NCBI GenBank assembly: GCA_029247585.1
Contig: JAQWKY010000080.1
Location: 5,595 to 69,594 of the forward strand
Direction: 5' to 3'
DNA from: Flavobacteriales bacterium
GTDB lineage: Bacteria > Bacteroidota > Bacteroidia > Flavobacteriales > UBA7430
DNA length: 64,000 nucleotides
Shown here piece by piece: positions 1-9,137 of this stretch (position 1 is its first letter; the number at the start of each line of letters is the position of its first letter). The notes under the pieces were generated by a model. It saw only the letters and a program-made list of their open reading frames with translations, did not search any database and had not been told where the DNA came from. The position numbers were made by a program, and so were the translations under genes.

Positions 1-1730
1 TCCGTACATCCAAAAACAAGTATAGTAGAACAAGTACCGTCTGTGGTATTCGCCTTTGGATTGTATTCTAAATAATCTTCATCAATACAACCACGTACTA
101 TAGGAATACAAGAACCATCATCCGTATTAGCTGATGAATTGTAATTCGTTGAACCCGGATTCGTACAACCACTAACAGAAGGAATACATGACCCGTTGTC
201 TTCATTAGCCCATTCATTATAATTAATAGCCGTATCGTCTGTACAACCTAATATTTGCATCTGACAAGAGCCGTCAGGTACCGTGGCATTTGGATTGTAG
301 TTTATTGCCGATGAATTCATACAACCTTGTATATTTGGAACACACAAACCATTGTCTGTATTCGCTTCTGCATTGTAATTTACAGCTGAAGCATCTATAC
401 ATCCATAAATGAACGGAATACATGTACCGTCATTAACCGTTGCATCTATGTCAAAATTATAAGCTAAAGGATTGGTACATCCTTCTTTTCTTGATATGCA
501 AGATTCATCATCGTCGGTAGCAAATGGATTGTAGTTTAATGCGGATGAATCCGTACAACCTAAAACAATAGAAATACAACTACCGTCTGCAACAGTTGCA
601 TTCGGATTATAATTAGAAGCGTCCAAATTCATACATCCGAATACCGCGTCTACACAACTACCATTATCGGTATTGGCAGAAGGATTGTAGTTTATAGCAT
701 TAGAATCTGTACATCCATTGATTTTAGCAATACACGACCCATCTGCAATATTTGCATTTGCATTGTAATTAAGTGCAAGGTCGTTCATACAGCCTCGAAT
801 CAGTGTCAAACAAGTTCCATTATCGCTGTTTGCAAAAGGATTGTAATTTACTGCTGATGCATCCATACAACCTTGAACAATGGTTTGACAAGATCCATCA
901 GGAACATTGGCATTGGCATCGTAATTATCCGCAGTAGGATTCATACATCCAAGAACAATTAAATTCTTACAAGAACCATTATCTGTATTTGCATTCGGAT
1001 TGTACTCCAAATAAACATCATCAATACAGCCACTTACACTTGCAACACAAGATCCGCTAGGCACATTAGCCTCCGAATTGTAATTAAAAGCTTCAGGAAT
1101 CATACAACCCTCTACTTTGGCTACACAAATACCTTCGGATTCATAATTTGCATTTGGATTGAAATTCAATGCCGTTTCATCCATACATCCCAGAACAACA
1201 GCAACACAAGTTCCGTCATCGGCATTAGCTGAAGAGTTGTAATTTGGGGCAAAAGGATTCATACATCCATAAATCGGATTGATACAAGATCCATCATCCG
1301 TGTTCGCAAGTTCATTAAAGTTGGTCGCTAATGGGTTAACACATCCGAATACTTTAGCAATACACGAATTGTTGTAGGTGTTTGCAGCAGCATTGTAATT
1401 GAAAGCCGCCTCGAAAGTACATCCATATATAAACGGTTGACAAGTAAAATCATTTACATTGGCAAGCTCATTGTAATTGTAGGCAGTGGAATCTGTACAA
1501 CCAAAAACATAAGGTTCACATGAGCCGTCATCTGTATTGGCTTGTTCGTTATAGTTGAAAGCAGAAGGATCCATACAGCCAATTGCAAAAGAAGTACAGC
1601 TGCCATCGTCATCCGTAGCCGATGGATTGTGATTAAAAGATGTATCATCCGTACAACCAAGCACTTCCAATTCATCACAAACTCCATCTTCATCAGTGTC
1701 ATTTTCACAAATCCCATCACAATCATAGTA
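1..1730 (-). repeat. In-frame degenerate tandem array with a 78-bp (occasionally 81-bp) period, giving 26-27 aa units of the two-cysteine repeat.
   Basis: The (g/a)taca(a/t/g)cc landmark (encoding GC) starts at 4, 85, 163, 241, 319, 397, 475, 553, 631, 709, 787, 865, 943, 1024, 1102, 1183, 1261, 1339, 1417, 1495, 1573 and 1651. That is 22 consecutive units. Example unit: QGCMDASAVNYNPFANSDNGTCLTLIR. Confidence 0.85.
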
Positions 1731-4700
1731 TTCTTCAGCAATGATACATGAAGCATCATCAGCATTAGCTGCAGCATCATAATTACAAGCAATAGAATTC
1801 ATACACCCTTGAACAATCTCAATACAAGACTGATTATCTGTATTTACATTCAACCATGGATTCACATAATTCCAACTATCGGCAACCCCATCGCCATACT
1901 GGAGGTGTTGTGCCGTAGCCTGAGGATACCAGTCATTGAAATTTAGTGCTGTATCATCCGTACACCCATAAACGATAGGAATACAGCCACCGCTGTAAAC
2001 GGTAGAAGAATCCGTAGGAATGGTCGTATTAACGTTGATACCATTTCCTGTACCATCATAATAAATACTTGTCAAAACAGAGTCTTGTTCATTAATCGGC
2101 CCATATTCCTTAGAAATATCATCAGAGGCTTCATACGTATTTCCTGTTAATGGATTTATGTTTAGCGGAGAAAAATAATTGTTGAAGTTGAACGACTCCT
2201 CATCCATACAACCTTTAACAATTGGGTAACAAGGATTGGAGTTATCTTCAATACTAGTTCGATTGATGTTTGCTGATGAGTCATAATTAAACATGGTCTC
2301 GTCAGTACAACCTGGCACAATGGTTGTTTCACACAAATCGTCATTTACAATATTTCCTACGTAGGCTGCAGACATCATTGAATCTGTGTAATATTCAAAG
2401 AAATTTGAATCACTACAATACGGATCAATAGGCTCAATACAGTTCACAAGAGAGTTATCTACATGCGAACCCGAAGCTATGTTCCCTTGTACAAAGCCAT
2501 CAAGGTAATAACCTAAATAAGAAGGGTCGTTACAATAAAATTCAGCTGAATCTCCACAAGATGCAATATCGTCTATAATGGTTCCTATGTTTTGAACACC
2601 GACAGAGTCTCCCAAATAGTAACCTACAAATGCTGGATTGTCACAATATTTAACAAGTGTATCCCCACACAGTAAGGCATTAATAATATTCCCTGAGTCA
2701 TGTCCTAAGTTGTAGTCGTAATCCGAATTAGCATTGACATTGTAATAACCCACACGAGTAGAGTCGTTACAATATAAATCAACTTCTACATCACCACACA
2801 AAGCATCATCAACAATGTTTCCTCCAACAGCTTCTTTCATTGTGCCATCAGCCGCATCAGCAGTTGCATAATACTTTGTTAATGTCGGAACATTACAATA
2901 AAAACGAACCTCATCTCCACATAATGGGTCATCTCCAGGATTTAAATCTGTTTCTAAATTCGCGAAGGATTCAATCGCTTTCGGTATCCCAAAGTTTGCC
3001 CCTGCGTCAACATCCGTACCATCTTTAATGTCATTAGTGTAGAAGTACCCAACATAAGTTGAGTCACTACAATAGTCTATTCTCTCTGTTAAACACTCAG
3101 ATTGACTAGGTACTAAAGTGATGTCTGTTGGATAATCATAGGTCATCCACATAAATCCATTCCAGTTGAAGCTTTCCACATAAATAGGATCATCACAAAA
3201 GAAATCGGCTGTATCTACACAACTTACCTCATTAAGCATAGAATCTGGGTATAGCGTTATATCTAAACCTTCAATAATAGAGTAATTCCAATATTGCGCA
3301 AAGGCCTGGTCTGTACAACCCGGTCTGTAAAAACATCGAGATTGTAGATGCGTATTCACATCTTCTTCAGGATTACCCAGTGGGTTTGAAACTCCATCTA
3401 AATCAAAATCATTGTAATTGTATGCGTTTTCATCCAAACATCCAGTAATGACAGGTATACAAGAATTATCAGAGGTATTCACATCAGCAAATGGATTGTC
3501 TGAAAGTACGTAAGAAATGTATTTGTTTGATCCGTAATTATTAAAGTTGAAGGCTGTAGTATCCAAACAACCGCTAATAACTGGGTAACAGATTCCATCA
3601 TCTGTATTCGCGAGCGTATCGTAATTAAATGAGGATAAGGCATCCGAAAATAAATCATTAACGTCTCCAAATTCATTCGGTAAGGACCCGTTGTCTGTAC
3701 ATCCATAGACGGCAGCAATACAAGATTCATCATGAACCGTTGCTGTATCCATATAGTTATAAGCAATAGGATCCATACAACCATAAATAGGTAATACACA
3801 AGCTACTGTATCATTAACGTCTAAATACGGATTTCCAAAATTTGGAAGGTAATTTAATGCCAAACTATCTTCAGTACACCCCGTAATTACTGGATAACAA
3901 ACCCCATTATCAATATTTGCATTGGGATTGTAATTAGACATGGAATCGTCCGTACAACCATAGACCTTAAGAATACATGAACCGTCATCTGTATTGGTAT
4001 TAATTCCATCACCATCAATCACAAGCTGATTGGCGAAACCATCACCATCAAGATCATTGAAATTTAAAGCCTGTAAGTCTGTACACCCCTTTACAACAGC
4101 ATAACATGAACCATCATCTGTATTGACATCGGTTTGGGGGTCTCCCGAAAGTGGAGTATAATTATAAGCGGACTTATCATTCAGACAACCTTGAATTACA
4201 GGAATACAGTCGTTTTCTGTATTTGGGTCTACAAATTTATTTCCTATCGGTTGCACATAATTAAAAGCGGTGGGATCGTTACAGCCGTATATAACAGGAT
4301 AGCAAGAACCGTTATCTTCAGTAGCTTTTGGGTTGAAGTTAAAAGCGGTCTCATCCATACATCCTATATCCTTAAGAACATAACATGGAGCTGAAGTGTT
4401 TGCGTAAGGATTATAGTCTATATAAGCTTCATCCATACATCCTTTGATTTCAACTTGATACATGAATTGAGTATACATATGTCCAATTTGCACCAATCCA
4501 TTGGTTGCAAATTGATTTCCAGACAGTGAATTCTCACTGATGATTACATTAATCGAGTACAATAGCCCTTCTGGAGTTTGCACTCTCCAATTGAAAGCCT
4601 CATTTTCATTAAATCCATCTTTCGAACTCGTAAAGAGATCATCAATGTATGCGCTTATGGAATTTGTTCCCGTATTGCTCCAAGTCGAAGAACCTCCACA

Positions 4701-7700
4701 ACGCAACACACCATTAAAGTCGTAATAAAAGACTCCAATCGTACTTCCTTCTGGGAAGGGTTCCGTGAATTCTCCCGAAAAAGAAACATTAGCTCCATTT
4801 GGATCATTCGTTCCGTAATTAGGCATTAAGACAGAACTGTTGGCATCGGTAATCTCAAAATCAAAGTCAATATATTCTCCGTCCTCGTACTGACACTCAT
4901 CCGTTGCAACATTTGCTTCGGGATTGTAATTCAATGCATAAGAATTTATACAACCCAAAACGGCAGGATTTACACAAAAAGTGGCATTATAAACTCCGGC
5001 ATCATCAATAACATTAGGGGTATAGCCTTGAGTGTAATATTCAGCATAAGTAGAGTCTGAACAACCAATTAATATACAACTTCCATCATCAATAGTTGCC
5101 TCGGGATTGTATGACGCACCAACTGAGTAGGAATTCGTACATCCGTAGATATGCGGGGTAATACAAGCACTTTGATCGTTAACTGTATAGGATGAATCGT
5201 ACTCTTGATATTCTTCATCCAAACATCCTTTGTATTCAACGGATTGACAAGACCCATCGTCGATATTTGCCGATGGGTTGTACTCCAAATAACTTGAATT
5301 CGTACAACCAAATACGATTTGGTTTTTACATGAGGTACTATTGGAATCTTCCGTTGCTTGTGGGTTGTATTCTAAATACGTAGTGTCCATACATCCAACG
5401 ACAACATCATAAGTACATTCGTAATTGTTAATGTTAGCCTCCGAATTGTAATTATTCGCTGCTGGATCCATACAACCCAGTAGAGCTGGAGTGACACACT
5501 GATCCTGATTATTAATGTTTGCTATAGGATTAAATTCTAGATAATTAACATCTGTACAACCCAACATTTCTAGAATACAAGATCCATCATCAACTAAGGC
5601 TGAGGCATCATAATTAGCCGCTTCAGAATCCATACATCCACTTGGATATTCACACAGGTCATTATTTACATCTGATGCAAAAGGGTTGTAATTCAATGCC
5701 AATTCATCTTGACAGGATACGATATCAAATTGATCACATATTCCATCTGCATCTGCATCATTCAAACATTGATTATTACAATCAAAATAGCTTTCTGCTG
5801 GATACACACACAAGCCGGCTTGAGTAGATTTTGGATCATAATTACATGCAGCTTCTTCCAAACAGCCTATAATTTCTAATTGATCACAAACGGAATCATT
5901 ATCCGCATTAAAATAACATTCGCCCGAGCAATCGAGATATTCTGTTTTGTAAACACAAGATGTTGGATCCGTATCTGTATTTGCTCCTTCAAGATAATTA
6001 CAAGCGAACTCATCCATACAACCCTCAACAACAATCTCAATACAATTGCCATCTACATCTTGGCCGTTCAAACAAGTACCGTCACACTTTACGTAATCGA
6101 ATTCCGGAAATTCACAGGAACCGTCAGGAGTATTCGCAGCTTCGTCGAAGTTACAAGCATCAGCAAGATTACAACCGTATACAATGAGTTGAGTACAGTT
6201 GGAACCGTCATCGTCCGTAGCATTAGCATCGTACTCAACATAATTCGAATTTGTACAACCCGAAAGCGTACAAGAACCATCATCATCGGTTGCCTCTGCA
6301 GCGTAATTTTCTGCCCAATCCGATGTACAACCTAAAACTTCAAACGAATCACATACACCATCACCATCTTGGTCGGCAAGACAGGTTCCAGCACAGTCAT
6401 AATTTTCTTCTGGTAAAGAACAAAGCCCATCATCTTCTGTTGCATTCGCATTGTAGTTACAAGCGGCAACATCCGTACACCCAGAAACTTCTAATTCATC
6501 ACACACCCCATCTTCATCAACATCCAAGATACAAGTACCAAGACAATCATAGTAAGGCTCTGCAAAAACGCAAGTTACTTCATCCGTAGCATCTGAATTG
6601 TAATTACAAGCTAGAGTGCTTGAGGTACACCCCTCTATTTCATTTTCATCACATATACCATCTGAATCAGCATCATTAACACAAGAAATCTGGTATTCAT
6701 ACACCTCATCCGAAAATTCAAGGGTGTCACAGAAATAATAAATAGGCGGGAAATCACAATAAGAAATATTGTGAACGGCATTGGGCTGATAATTACAGGA
6801 ATTGACGTTTGTACAACCTAATATGTAAGCAATACAGGTACCATCATCCGTATTCACATCAACGGAGGGGTCTCCTGTCAATTCATCAGATTCTCCATCA
6901 CCGTCTGTATCGTTGAAATTTTTAGCAATAGGATCAATACATCCGTAAATTACTGGATAACAAGAACCGTCATCGGTATTCACGTCTGTCTGATTATTAC
7001 CGGTTGGAGCCGAATAGTTAAATGCCGCTTCATCACTGATACAACCTTCAATCACAGGATAGCAGGAACCATCATTTTCCGTTGCAATTGAGGAATAATT
7101 GTAGGCTTCAGAATCATCACAACCTAAAACTTCATCAGCATCACAAACAGTATCGTCATCAGAATCATTATCAACTATTACTCCAGTTCCATCCGTTTCC
7201 CCCGAACAGGTTTCACAAACACCATCTAGTGCAGATAAACAACCTTCATCATCAGTAGCCAATTCGTTGTAATTACAACGGGTGTCGTCCATACAACCAA
7301 CAAGCTCATCCGCATCACAAACGCCATCATCATCCAAATCGTTATCTACAATCGTTCCCGTTCCATCTTGTTCACCAGAACAGGTTGCGCAGGCATCTAA
7401 ATCCGTCGAGTATACACAAGTGGCATTGTCCTCATTGAGTGTGGATGATGCATTGTAATTACAGGCTGCTACATCAATACATCCTGAAAGCGTATCTTCA
7501 GCATCACATATCCCATCATCATCCGAATCGTTATCTACAATCGTTCCCGTTCCATCTTGCGCACCTGAACATGTTGCGCAGGCGTCTAAATCCGTCGAAT
7601 ATACACAAGTGGCATTATCCTCATTGAGTGTGGATGATGTATTGTAATTACAGGCCGTATCATCAATACAACCTGCAAGTGTGTCGTCTGCATCACACAA

Positions 7701-9095
7701 ACCATCGTCATCCGAATCGTTATCTACAATCGTTCCCGTTCCATCTTGCTCGCCCGAACAACTTGCACAGGCATCTTGATCTGTTGAGTATACACAAACT
7801 TCAATATCCTCGTTGAGCGTGGATGATGCATTGTAGTTACATGCCGTTTCATCAATACAACCTGTGAGTATGTCATCAGCATTACAAAGGCCATCGTCAT
7901 CCGAATCGTTATCTACAATCGTTCCCGTTCCATCTTGTTCTCCAGAACAAGTTGCACAAGCATCAAGGTCAGTCGAAAAAATACAAAGCGAACTATCTTC
8001 ATTAACCGTACTTGATGCGTTATAATTACAGGCAGTAACATCAATACACCCTGAAAGCGTGTCTTCAGCGTCACATAAACCGTCATCATCCGAATCGTTA
8101 TCTACAATCAATCCATCAGCACAAGAATCACAACCCTCCGGAATCAAACAAGAACCATCATCCGTTTTGGCTTCCGAATTGTAATTACAGGCTTCAGAAT
8201 TCGTACACCCCAATGGCTCCTCGGCCTTACAAATCAATTGTGGGTTAACAGCAGTCGAAACAGCAGCAATTCCATTGGTTATAAAATCAAATGAATAACC
8301 TAAATCATATACATCAGCGTCGTCAATCAAATACACTGTAATTATCTGTCCATCAATTGCTCCATCTACTTCAGCAGTGAAAATATCATCAGCCCAAGCT
8401 GCCAAACTTGTTTGTGAGCCGGAAATATCTGCTGATCCAACAGTCAATCCAGCAGGAGTAAGTGCAACTACGTATGCATCTTCAGACTCAACGTTCAATG
8501 ATGTAATAAAGTCATCAGTAAGCATCATTGTCATATTTGCCCCTGTATTCCCATTGAACCTAGGTCGCCACTCATCGGTACAATACACGTAACAGGAACC
8601 GTCATCTTCGGTCGCAGATGAATCATAATTTACAGCAGAATCGTCAGTACAGCCTGAAACAGCAGGGGCGCAATTTAAGCTTACTGTCGCCGCAGAAGTT
8701 TGAAAGGCCATACCGTTTGATACAAAGTTTACCGGAGCAGGCGCTTCAACGTCATACAAAGTCTCACCATCAACCAACTGAAACGAAATTGCTGCGTTTG
8801 CTGCAGCTCCATCAACTTCAGGGGTCTGACTATCATCTCCCCATATCGCAATAGCAGTTTGACTAACTGCTGCAACAACTTCACTACCTACAAGCAAGCC
8901 ATTTGGATCTATGGCTACTAAATAAGCTCCTTGACTTGAAATGCCGAGCGAGTTAATGAAATCTGGTGTCAACATCACCGTCATGTTTGACCCAGTATTC
9001 CCTACAAAAGGTTCCGGCAAATCACATTGGGCAGAGGTTTGCTTAGGCAAGCAAAAAAGAGCAATGAGTAAAGTATAGAGTATCGTATTTTTCAT
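1..9095 (-). CDS. Giant secreted cysteine-repeat surface protein. The N-terminus is complete and the C-terminus is cut by the window edge (>=3031 codons). It is absent from the supplied ORF track.
   Basis: ATG (minus strand) at 9095-9093, with an in-frame TAG two codons upstream (9101-9099). I read all plus-strand triplets starting at multiples of 3 from 9093 down to 3 and found no tta/cta/tca, so there is no stop in 3031 codons. The N-terminus MKNTILYTLLIALFCLPKQTSAQ/C looks like a signal peptide. The body has >60 copies of GC(T/M)DxxAxNYNxxAxxDDGSC, DNDSDDDGxCD motifs and TGxNMT...WGDD modules. All track ORFs in this span lie in other frames. Confidence 0.9.
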   Translation of the reverse strand, partial: MKNTILYTLLIALFCLPKQTSAQCDLPEPFVGNTGSNMTVMLTPDFINSLGISSQGAYLVAIDPNGLLVGSEVVAAVSQTAIAIWGDDSQTPEVDGAAANAAISFQLVDGETLYDVEAPAPVNFVSNGMAFQTSAATVSLNCAPAVSGCTDDSAVNYDSSATEDDGSCYVYCTDEWRPRFNGNTGANMTMMLTDDFITSLNVESEDAYVVALTPAGLTVGSADISGSQTSLAAWADDIFTAEVDGAIDGQIITVYLIDDADVYDLGYSFDFITNGIAAVSTAVNPQLICKAEEPLGCTNSEACNYNSEAKTDDGSCLIPEGCDSCADGLIVDNDSDDDGLCDAEDTLSGCIDVTACNYNASSTVNEDSSLCIFSTDLDACATCSGEQDGTGTIVDNDSDDDGLCNADDILTGCIDETACNYNASSTLNEDIEVCVYSTDQDACASCSGEQDGTGTIVDNDSDDDGLCDADDTLAGCIDDTACNYNTSSTLNEDNATCVYSTDLDACATCSGAQDGTGTIVDNDSDDDGICDAEDTLSGCIDVAACNYNASSTLNEDNATCVYSTDLDACATCSGEQDGTGTIVDNDLDDDGVCDADELVGCMDDTRCNYNELATDDEGCLSALDGVCETCSGETDGTGVIVDNDSDDDTVCDADEVLGCDDSEAYNYSSIATENDGSCYPVIEGCISDEAAFNYSAPTGNNQTDVNTDDGSCYPVIYGCIDPIAKNFNDTDGDGESDELTGDPSVDVNTDDGTCIAYILGCTNVNSCNYQPNAVHNISYCDFPPIYYFCDTLEFSDEVYEYQISCVNDADSDGICDENEIEGCTSSTLACNYNSDATDEVTCVFAEPYYDCLGTCILDVDEDGVCDELEVSGCTDVAACNYNANATEDDGLCSLPEENYDCAGTCLADQDGDGVCDSFEVLGCTSDWAENYAAEATDDDGSCTLSGCTNSNYVEYDANATDDDGSNCTQLIVYGCNLADACNFDEAANTPDGSCEFPEFDYVKCDGTCLNGQDVDGNCIEIVVEGCMDEFACNYLEGANTDTDPTSCVYKTEYLDCSGECYFNADNDSVCDQLEIIGCLEEAACNYDPKSTQAGLCVYPAESYFDCNNQCLNDADADGICDQFDIVSCQDELALNYNPFASDVNNDLCEYPSGCMDSEAANYDASALVDDGSCILEMLGCTDVNYLEFNPIANINNQDQCVTPALLGCMDPAANNYNSEANINNYECTYDVVVGCMDTTYLEYNPQATEDSNSTSCKNQIVFGCTNSSYLEYNPSANIDDGSCQSVEYKGCLDEEYQEYDSSYTVNDQSACITPHIYGCTNSYSVGASYNPEATIDDGSCILIGCSDSTYAEYYTQGYTPNVIDDAGVYNATFCVNPAVLGCINSYALNYNPEANVATDECQYEDGEYIDFDFEITDANSSVLMPNYGTNDPNGANVSFSGEFTEPFPEGSTIGVFYYDFNGVLRCGGSSTWSNTGTNSISAYIDDLFTSSKDGFNENEAFNWRVQTPEGLLYSINVIISENSLSGNQFATNGLVQIGHMYTQFMYQVEIKGCMDEAYIDYNPYANTSAPCYVLKDIGCMDETAFNFNPKATEDNGSCYPVIYGCNDPTAFNYVQPIGNKFVDPNTENDCIPVIQGCLNDKSAYNYTPLSGDPQTDVNTDDGSCYAVVKGCTDLQALNFNDLDGDGFANQLVIDGDGINTNTDDGSCILKVYGCTDDSMSNYNPNANIDNGVCYPVITGCTEDSLALNYLPNFGNPYLDVNDTVACVLPIYGCMDPIAYNYMDTATVHDESCIAAVYGCTDNGSLPNEFGDVNDLFSDALSSFNYDTLANTDDGICYPVISGCLDTTAFNFNNYGSNKYISYVLSDNPFADVNTSDNSCIPVITGCLDENAYNYNDFDLDGVSNPLGNPEEDVNTHLQSRCFYRPGCTDQAFAQYWNYSIIEGLDITLYPDSMLNEVSCVDTADFFCDDPIYVESFNWNGFMWMTYDYPTDITLVPSQSECLTERIDYCSDSTYVGYFYTNDIKDGTDVDAGANFGIPKAIESFANLETDLNPGDDPLCGDEVRFYCNVPTLTKYYATADAADGTMKEAVGGNIVDDALCGDVEVDLYCNDSTRVGYYNVNANSDYDYNLGHDSGNIINALLCGDTLVKYCDNPAFVGYYLGDSVGVQNIGTIIDDIASCGDSAEFYCNDPSYLGYYLDGFVQGNIASGSHVDNSLVNCIEPIDPYCSDSNFFEYYTDSMMSAAYVGNIVNDDLCETTIVPGCTDETMFNYDSSANINRTSIEDNSNPCYPIVKGCMDEESFNFNNYFSPLNINPLTGNTYEASDDISKEYGPINEQDSVLTSIYYDGTGNGINVNTTIPTDSSTVYSGGCIPIVYGCTDDTALNFNDWYPQATAQHLQYGDGVADSWNYVNPWLNVNTDNQSCIEIVQGCMNSIACNYDAAANADDASCIIAEEYYDCDGICENDTDEDGVCDELEVLGCTDDTSFNHNPSATDDDGSCTSFAIGCMDPSAFNYNEQANTDDGSCEPYVFGCTDSTAYNYNELANVNDFTCQPFIYGCTFEAAFNYNAAANTYNNSCIAKVFGCVNPLATNFNELANTDDGSCINPIYGCMNPFAPNYNSSANADDGTCVAVVLGCMDETALNFNPNANYESEGICVAKVEGCMIPEAFNYNSEANVPSGSCVASVSGCIDDVYLEYNPNANTDNGSCKNLIVLGCMNPTADNYDANANVPDGSCQTIVQGCMDASAVNYNPFANSDNGTCLTLIRGCMNDLALNYNANANIADGSCIAKINGCTDSNAINYNPSANTDNGSCVDAVFGCMNLDASNYNPNATVADGSCISIVLGCTDSSALNYNPFATDDDESCISRKEGCTNPLAYNFDIDATVNDGTCIPFIYGCIDASAVNYNAEANTDNGLCVPNIQGCMNSSAINYNPNATVPDGSCQMQILGCTDDTAINYNEWANEDNGSCIPSVSGCTNPGSTNYNSSANTDDGSCIPIVRGCIDEDYLEYNPKANTTDGTCSTILVFGCT
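2330..3080 (-). repeat. Second coding repeat class inside the giant ORF: about six units of YC(N/S)D(S/P)xx(V/L)GYY...G(N)I(V/I)DDxxCGD, 37-58 aa each.
   Basis: Hand translation gives YCSDSTYVGYFY..., YCNVPTLTKYY..., YCNDSTRVGYYNV..., YCDNPAFVGYYLG..., YCNDPSYLGYYLD... and YCSDSNFFEYYTD..., each followed by a CGD/C motif. Boundaries are approximate. Confidence 0.7.
7110..8230 (-). repeat. 189-bp (63-aa) tandem repeats, with 4 well-conserved units (7299-8051) and degenerate flanking units. Each unit is one Cys repeat plus CATCSGEQDGTGTIVDNDSDDDGxCD.
   Basis: Unit starts (Gly codon of GCID) are at 8051, 7862, 7673 and 7484 (spacing 189) and 7298. A 40-nt core, catccgaatcgttatctacaatcgttcccgttccatcttg, is identical at 7520-7559, 7709-7748 and 7898-7937. 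It matches 39/40 at 7331-7370, and its first 23 nt recur at 8087-8109. The two near-identical antisense track ORFs 7439-7627 and 7628-7816 are a by-product. Confidence 0.9.
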
Positions 9096-9137
9096 ATCCT
9101 AGGGGGCATTAAACTTTGTAAATCTTCTTTTGGAAAA

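Noticed and set aside
1454-8854. Track ORFs inside the first 9 kb: 5880-6335 (+) at 151 aa, 6251-6589 (+), 7439-7627 and 7628-7816 (+) which are near-identical, and 1454-1792, 3479-3799 and 5069-5311 (-).
   Set aside because: All lie in frames other than the uninterrupted 3031-codon minus-strand ORF. They have skewed composition (His/Ile/Met/Leu-rich), lack signal or domain motifs, and their similarity to each other simply mirrors the coding repeats of the real gene.
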